A stretch of DNA of 49,522 nt, taken from positions 1 to 49,522 of the forward strand of contig JACPGD010000157.1 of the NCBI GenBank assembly GCA_016182645.1, written 5' to 3'. Position 1 is the stretch's first letter; every line of letters starts with the position of its first letter. Below the pieces are notes generated by a model. That model did no database searches. It had not been told where the DNA came from and was given only the letters and a program-made list of their open reading frames with translations. This document shows, one piece after another, positions 44,840-49,522 of the stretch. Origin of the DNA: Candidatus Hydrogenedentota bacterium. GTDB lineage: Bacteria > Hydrogenedentota > Hydrogenedentia > Hydrogenedentales > JACPGD01. The position numbers and the translations under genes are program-made.

Positions 44840-46267
44840 CTATTGGTTTTTTTCGGGCCACCGGTAGGAATCCTTTCCAGCGTCTTTGCTGACATACGCC
44901 TTCGGCAGCGTCGCCTGCCAGGCGAGCGCCGCTTTCTCGAGCCGCTTCGTGAGACGGGGCCGGTCCTGCGCCTGATTGTCCAGTTCCCGCGGGTCTTGCA
45001 GGATGTTGTAGAGCTCGCGCCGGCTGCCATCGGGGTTGAGCAACAGTTTCCAGTCTCCGTCGCGGACGGCGAGCCACGGGCTGTGGTTGATGACGTCCCC
45101 CGCGACACCGGAGCGAAACTCCCAGAACAATGGTTTGTCGCGAAGCACCGGCTCACCCAATAGCGCTTCCGAAAGATCTTCTCCATCGCAGGAGAGCCCC
45201 TCTGGAGGCGTGATTCCCGCCAGAGCACACATGGTGGGCAAGAAATCGACGCCGCTGATGACCGTCGAGTCGTTCACTTGCCCGGCGGGCGTCTTGCCCG
45301 GCCAGCGCACGATCAAGGGGACGCGCAAGCCGCCCTCGTATAGGCTGCGCTTGCGGCCCCGGAACGGCCCGGCACTACCGACACCGCTGTGCGAGGCATT
45401 GGCGACATGAATGTCCTCGGGGCCATTGTCCGAGGAGAAGATTACGATGGTGTTCCCGGCCAGGCCGAAATCATACAGGCACTCAAGCAGACGCCCCAAG
45501 TACCGATCAGCGTTTGTGATTACGCCGTAGTAGGTTTCCAGCGCCCCGCCAAACTTCTTGTATGGCGCCCGTTGCTCTTCGGTGGGATCGAGGAAGGCAT
45601 GAGAATCCTTCAGCCACGTTTGCACAAAGAACGGCTTGTCCGAGTGTTGCACAATAAAGCGGATGGTCTCATCGACAATGAGTTCGGAAGAGCGAGGGAT
45701 AAAATCGGCCACTTCCTCCCAGTTCGGCCCGTTGCCAACGTAAACGCGAGACTCATCGATCCCATAGGCGGAGGGTGGCGGCGCGCTCAAATCGCCGTTT
45801 TCCCCCGGGCCACCGCCCAAGTGCCATTTCCCAAAATGCCCCACGGCGTAGCCGGCGTCTTGAAACAAGCGCGTCACCGTCGTTACGCCGGGATCGAGGA
45901 ATTGCGGCATGTCGCGCTGCTCATTCAGTTTCTTTCCCGCGAAATGCCCATGAATGCCATGCCGGGCCGGGAAATGGCCCGTCATGAAGGCGGTGCGGCT
46001 GGGCGAGCACACCGGCGCGTTTACGTAGGCCTGCGTAAACAGGATGCCTTCGCGCGCCAGTTCGTCAAGAAACGGCGTCTTCAGGTGCGGATGGCCGTAG
46101 CACCCCAGATCGCCCCAGCCCCAGTCATCGGCGAGAACAAAGACCACATTCGGTTTTCGACCGGCTTCGGCGGCAAACGCGGTGCGCAGGTCGCGATTGG
46201 CAGCGCATAGAAACGCTCCTCCGGCGGTGCTGGCCCGTAGAAGAAACGATCTCCGGTTCAGAATCAC
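44840..46267 (-). CDS. Tat-signal sulfatase (Cys-type, formylglycine-dependent)
   Basis: RRSFLL twin-arginine signal, PNVVFVLADDWGWGDLGCYG, and the sulfatase signature CSPSRTAFMTG. The GTG start has AAGGAGG 8 nt upstream. Confidence 0.9.
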   Translation of the reverse strand: MILNRRSFLLRASTAGGAFLCAANRDLRTAFAAEAGRKPNVVFVLADDWGWGDLGCYGHPHLKTPFLDELAREGILFTQAYVNAPVCSPSRTAFMTGHFPARHGIHGHFAGKKLNEQRDMPQFLDPGVTTVTRLFQDAGYAVGHFGKWHLGGGPGENGDLSAPPPSAYGIDESRVYVGNGPNWEEVADFIPRSSELIVDETIRFIVQHSDKPFFVQTWLKDSHAFLDPTEEQRAPYKKFGGALETYYGVITNADRYLGRLLECLYDFGLAGNTIVIFSSDNGPEDIHVANASHSGVGSAGPFRGRKRSLYEGGLRVPLIVRWPGKTPAGQVNDSTVISGVDFLPTMCALAGITPPEGLSCDGEDLSEALLGEPVLRDKPLFWEFRSGVAGDVINHSPWLAVRDGDWKLLLNPDGSRRELYNILQDPRELDNQAQDRPRLTKRLEKAALAWQATLPKAYVSKDAGKDSYRWPEKNQ

Positions 46268-46314
46268 CGCATCGACCTCCTTGGTTGAGTGACCATCGAG
46301 GTGGAAACTTGGGC

Positions 46315-46740
46315 CTACCTTGCTGCCGGCCGATCAGCACCATGCTCCTTGGCCCAGGCCTTGTACAGAATAGCACTGAACGGCGCCCACCAAATCAAAT
46401 CGTTGGTCAGGATAGTCCAGCCCACACTCCAGGCCAAACTTCCATGGTAGGCAGACCAGACAAAACCGATAGGTCCCAGAATCTTGCCCAGCAGTCCGGC
46501 GAGGGTAACGGGCCAATGCCGAAGAGGATCGCGCGCTGCCGCCGCGTAGGCCACGCCATACACGCCAACAATCATGCCAATGCATTGCCAGAGCTCCGGA
46601 TAATTCGGCGGCTCCAATCCTGCCCAGGCAAACGGCGCCAGCGGAAAAAACACAACGAAGCTTCCCCAGGCAATATTGTAAATTGCGGCCAGGATTAGCA
46701 CTGCCTTTGCCCAATAGACCTCTTTGTCCATATGGTTCAA
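46315..46740 (-). CDS. Small integral membrane protein (4 predicted helices), unknown function
   Basis: Four hydrophobic, aromatic-rich segments. The start forms an ATGA overlap with the upstream SRPBCC gene. It lies 47 nt upstream of the sulfatase gene. Confidence 0.55.
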   Translation of the reverse strand: MNHMDKEVYWAKAVLILAAIYNIAWGSFVVFFPLAPFAWAGLEPPNYPELWQCIGMIVGVYGVAYAAAARDPLRHWPVTLAGLLGKILGPIGFVWSAYHGSLAWSVGWTILTNDLIWWAPFSAILYKAWAKEHGADRPAAR

Positions 46741-47195
46741 GACCCGAAGCGTCCTTCCTTCTCCAGATGCAGATATGCGCGGTGCCGGTATCGAAACGCC
46801 TTGTGCACCTGTGCGCGGACGATGGCATGCATCATCGGCTCGCCGCCGAGCCAGTGCGGGAGGTTTATCTCAAGCAAGTCGCGCACGATGCAACCTGCTT
46901 GGTGAGGTACAAACTCGTGAATGTGCACAAACCGCTTGAAGGGACCGTGAATGAGTTCTTCCCCGAATCGCCGCGGAGGTTCGTACAAAACATGCTGAAA
47001 ACCAAGCACGATTGGCAATGGGCCAATGCGTTGCTCGACCCAGGTTTCGCTCCCGGGATGGACATTGCCGGCGTGACGCAGAAGCCTGACTCGGTTTGGT
47101 TTGTCCGACAGCAAGACCAGGTGCGCGGGGTTTTCGTGAAACCGGAACAAGGCTTCGGGAGAAGATCGAAGTTCGCATTCAAAGAGGAAATCCAT
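46737..47195 (-). CDS. SRPBCC (START/cyclase-dehydrase-like) family protein
   Basis: The size, about 150 aa, fits. The pattern FHENPAHLVLLSD...HGPFKRFVHIHEF...GCIVRDLLEINLPHWLGG is typical of SRPBCC ligand-binding folds as I recall them. Confidence 0.55.
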   Translation of the reverse strand: MDFLFECELRSSPEALFRFHENPAHLVLLSDKPNRVRLLRHAGNVHPGSETWVEQRIGPLPIVLGFQHVLYEPPRRFGEELIHGPFKRFVHIHEFVPHQAGCIVRDLLEINLPHWLGGEPMMHAIVRAQVHKAFRYRHRAYLHLEKEGRFGS

Positions 47196-47228
47196 CGAGG
47201 TTGTCCAGAAACGACCGTTGAAGCGTTC

Positions 47229-49256
47229 TCACCCGCTTAGCACGGCGGATGGTGACGCTTCCAGCCACGCCAAGTTGAAGGCGTAGTGCTGGCGGCTGCT
47301 GATGAGGTGGATGACGCCGTTTCGGGCCTGGCAGACGGCGAGATATCCTTTGGGTTCCGCGGTAGACGCGCTTAGCACGAAGGGGACGCCATCCATCGTT
47401 TCGACCTCGCGGCCGGGGCCGTCGTCTGAAATGGGCCGTCTTACGGTCCAGGTCTGGCCCTCGTCATACGACAATGCGGCATACATGCCGGTGATGGCGC
47501 GGGTCGTGCCGCTGCTGTCCACGATGGGTTCAGGTTCCTTCGCAAAAGAGATAAATAGGAGGGGTCCTTCCTTCAAACGCCGCAGGACCAACCGCTGTCC
47601 CCCGCCAATCGCCTGAAAGGGGCTGGCGGAGTATCCCCACTTGGCGCCTTTGTATTCGGAGACGCTCATGGACATGCGTCCGTCAATCTCGTCGCCCCGG
47701 CCAAAGGCCAGCAGGCGCCCGTCGTTGAGTTCCACAACACCCGCGTGGATCCCCGCAATCGTGCCGCCCGCGTCGATCCAGGTCAGGCCGTTATCGGGGC
47801 TTACCCACAGCGCGGTGCCGCCCTGGCCACCGGTGACGGCGTCGCAGGGCAATACGATATGTCCATTGCCGAGGCGGATGATCGATTCGATGGGCATGTG
47901 CCGGGTGTTGTGTTCGGGAATGATAATCGACGGATGCGACCAAGTAGCGCCGTTGTCGGCCGAGGTGCGCAGAATAGTCGCCAGGTTTCCCCACGTGCCC
48001 GCCGCGGACAGCCCCTCGAAATGAAACAGCGTGCAGTCCCCGTCAAACCAGAGCGCAGAAGCGTGATCATTACGGTCCGGCACGTCCCAGAAGGGCGCGG
48101 CGGGCTCCCACTCCTCATTGCCGTAGCGGAGGCGGCTGGCCACAGCCCCCAACTCGCGGCCACGCTCTCGAATGCAGGAGTACCACACCGCCAGCAGGTC
48201 GCCATTCGGACACTCCACCAAGGCTGGCACGTGATTATGTTTGGCGAACATCGGCCCAACGGCGTCCTCCGGAATGTGCACATATTTACGCGGGCCTTTG
48301 AAATACGGCACATTCGGGTCTGGCCCCTGCGTGATGTCTGGCGGAACTGCCTGTTTCACTTCTTGCTGGTGGCGCTCCGGCGCAGGCGCTGGCAACGGCA
48401 TCGTTTCCGGCGCGGGCCCGAGTGCCACACGAAACCCAATCAACCAGTGTTTATCCTCAGGCACGGCTGCCGAGCGGTTGGCCGAGCGCAGGTAATACGG
48501 CTCTGTGGAATGACTGCCGCCGCGCGTGACGCGAAAGATGCCGCTGGCATAGCCCACAGGGTCTTGCGCCGCGCCCGGACAGTAGGGCCCGTACCAGTCA
48601 GCGCACCATTCCTCGACGTTGCCGTGCATGTCGAACAGCCCCCAGGCATTGGGGCCTTGCTGCCGCACTTTCGTTCCGAGCACGGTCACGTCACTTTCCC
48701 GGCTCATGTCGGGATACCACGACTCCCCCGAGCGCTCCAGCAGCGCCGGACTGAGGGTGTCCCCCTCGTTGAAGAAGGTCATGCTTCCCGCGCGGCAGGC
48801 GTACTCCCACTCCGCTTCGGCCGGCAGGCGATACGGCAGCCCCTCCTGCGCTGTCAGCCACGCGCAGAACCGCGTGGCCTCGTGCCAATCGACAAATACC
48901 ACCGCCTCATCGTCCTCTTTCGAGAAGCCCAGCTTGCCGCGCAGCCGCCGATGCCCCGGGTCAAAGCGTTCGTACTGCGCGTTCGTTACCTCGCACACGC
49001 CCAGGTAAAAGGCGCGGCTAATTATGACCTCATGCACGGGCGCTTCATCAGAATCGCCGTTCACTTGCCCGCTGATGTTCACCACCCCCTCCGGTAGCGG
49101 CTTTACCGAAACTCCCATCTGAAAAGTGCCGGGGTCCACCCGCACAAAATCCATTCCGATAGAGTTCGTAAACGTTTTCCCCGTGGGGGCCTCCGCGGCC
49201 AGGCCCAGCGTGGAACTGAAGAGTCCTGCCCCCAGTAGAATGCACACTTTTTTCAT
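47229..49256 (-). CDS. Secreted fusion protein: SUMF1/FGE-fold domain plus BNR/Asp-box sialidase-like beta-propeller
   Basis: Start ATG 49256 follows GGGAGGA. Signal peptide MKKVCILLGAGLFSSTLGLAAEA. The N-domain has SIGMDFVRVDPGTFQMG, EAPVHEV, YLGVCEVTNAQYERF, PYRLPAEAEWEYACRAG, WGLFDMHGNVEEWCADWY and VTRGGSH. The C-domain has Asp boxes SADNGATW, SPDNGLTW and SYDEGQTW. It also resembles the protein at 40677 (ECPNGDLLAVWY versus QCPNGDLLAAWF). Confidence 0.8.
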   Translation of the reverse strand: MKKVCILLGAGLFSSTLGLAAEAPTGKTFTNSIGMDFVRVDPGTFQMGVSVKPLPEGVVNISGQVNGDSDEAPVHEVIISRAFYLGVCEVTNAQYERFDPGHRRLRGKLGFSKEDDEAVVFVDWHEATRFCAWLTAQEGLPYRLPAEAEWEYACRAGSMTFFNEGDTLSPALLERSGESWYPDMSRESDVTVLGTKVRQQGPNAWGLFDMHGNVEEWCADWYGPYCPGAAQDPVGYASGIFRVTRGGSHSTEPYYLRSANRSAAVPEDKHWLIGFRVALGPAPETMPLPAPAPERHQQEVKQAVPPDITQGPDPNVPYFKGPRKYVHIPEDAVGPMFAKHNHVPALVECPNGDLLAVWYSCIRERGRELGAVASRLRYGNEEWEPAAPFWDVPDRNDHASALWFDGDCTLFHFEGLSAAGTWGNLATILRTSADNGATWSHPSIIIPEHNTRHMPIESIIRLGNGHIVLPCDAVTGGQGGTALWVSPDNGLTWIDAGGTIAGIHAGVVELNDGRLLAFGRGDEIDGRMSMSVSEYKGAKWGYSASPFQAIGGGQRLVLRRLKEGPLLFISFAKEPEPIVDSSGTTRAITGMYAALSYDEGQTWTVRRPISDDGPGREVETMDGVPFVLSASTAEPKGYLAVCQARNGVIHLISSRQHYAFNLAWLEASPSAVLSG

Positions 49257-49343
49257 GGACGTTGTCCTCCCGCACCTGATTGTGACTGGTTTAATCAGAG
49301 AATTCGAGTCCTTAGCGTTTTGGTAATCGTTGCGAAAACCTTC

Positions 49344-49435
49344 TCGGGAGGGCGAGCGTACCCGCGAGCCGGTTGCACGGCCTTGAAAGCGCACAATCTT
49401 GCAGATTTCAACCGGCTCGCGGGTACGCCTCCCGA
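49344..49435. repeat. REP-like hairpin element (inverted pair)
   Basis: Left arm 49344-49374 tcgggagggcgagcgtacccgcgagccggtt. Right arm 49410-49435 aaccggctcgcgggtacgcctcccga. A 19-bp perfect stem is extended by 7 more bp across a 4-nt bulge, with a 35-nt loop. It lies about 90 nt upstream of the SUMF1-BNR gene start. Confidence 0.8.
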
Positions 49436-49474
49436 AATCGCCTTTCCGCTAACAGAAACAAGCAAATTGTGTGC

Positions 49475-49504
49475 TTGCCAGTGCGACCAGCATAGTTCTA
49501 TACT
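49475..49504 (+). promoter_or_regulatory. Possible rightward promoter for a gene beyond the window
   Basis: TTGCCA, then an 18-nt spacer, then TATACT near the right edge. No + strand gene is visible within the window. Confidence 0.25.
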
Positions 49505-49522
49505 ACCACCGGCCAAAAACCA

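Noticed and set aside
15789-49097. Other long antisense ORFs: 15789..17030(-), 21967..23304(+), 26000..27280(-), 36800..37807(-), 38128..38841(-), 39730..40620(-), 43492..44448(-), 45389..46210(+), 47745..49097(+)
   Set aside because: Each one lies opposite a gene with strong family signatures. None has an RBS or a recognisable domain. They are shadow ORFs.
47229-49256. Annotating the SUMF1 domain as the formylglycine-generating enzyme for the nearby sulfatase
   Set aside because: The segment that should hold the catalytic Cys pair reads RGGSHSTEPYYLRSANR, with no cysteine. I call it only an FGE-fold domain.
1-49522. Search for tRNA, rRNA, tmRNA, riboswitches, integrases, transposases, toxin-antitoxin pairs and known defence-system genes
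   Set aside because: Reading both strands by eye, I saw no T-loop/acceptor-like sequences, no rRNA-like conserved blocks, and no proteins with recombinase, nuclease or ATPase defence signatures. A covariance-model or HMM scan would be needed to exclude small RNAs.

Overview
GC-rich bacterial chromosomal window with about 45 protein-coding genes. I found no rRNA, tRNA, CRISPR array, transposase, integrase or recognisable defence genes. The gene content points to a PVC-type organism (Planctomycetota or a relative): a DUF1559 prepilin-like protein, a roughly 1000-aa dehydrogenase/HEAT/CxxCH heme protein, a DUF1573 protein, a sulfatase, SUMF1-domain and BNR/Asp-box proteins, and Tat and lipoprotein signals. 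This taxonomic call is inference only.

Layout, left to right:
- 1-1809: a secreted beta-propeller gene that runs off the left edge and is missing from the ORF track.
- 2136-5130: a minimal phosphonate module, PEP mutase fused to a nucleotidyltransferase plus phosphonopyruvate decarboxylase. The two genes are separated by an 85-bp perfect palindromic element.
- 5544-10448 (minus strand): cupin, glutaminyl cyclase, a FadL/PorV-like outer-membrane barrel and a TPR/Ig/CsgG-like lipoprotein.
- 10676-23280: pseudopilin-like protein, Tat amidohydrolase, PVC heme protein, beta-helix protein, manC, a DinB-like protein, a PqaA-like hydrolase, a frameshifted DUF1573 gene and a BNR-4-like protein.
- 23454-30071: two tandem paralogous trypsin-like proteases that share an unusual C-terminal Cys-Gly/hydrophobic/basic tail. 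They are tightly packed with a YfhO-like polytopic membrane protein, a metallophosphoesterase and DUF2851.
- 30117-41867: PAS histidine kinase, SDR, HAD, GT2, pdxB, a LarA-like protein, a PPi-type PFK, DUF4177, gnd, a glyoxylate/hydroxypyruvate reductase and a sialidase-like protein.
- 41868-42437: a lower-GC orphan gap.
- 42438-49256: DUF4112, acyl-ACP desaturase, methyltransferase, and a minus-strand operon of a SUMF1-BNR fusion, SRPBCC, a membrane protein and a Cys-type sulfatase.

The structure least explained by genes is in the intergenic DNA:
- A dispersed family of 9-bp-period, ATG-phased tandem repeats at six loci.
- A REP-like hairpin element present as inverted pairs at two loci plus a half-copy at a third.
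- Two other short repeats, one a 30-bp perfect inverted pair and one a 27-mer found twice.

Gene starts are my own choices, based on RBS, signal-peptide or homology logic. They often differ from the longest-ORF coordinates in the supplied track, which also counts GTG and TTG as starts.
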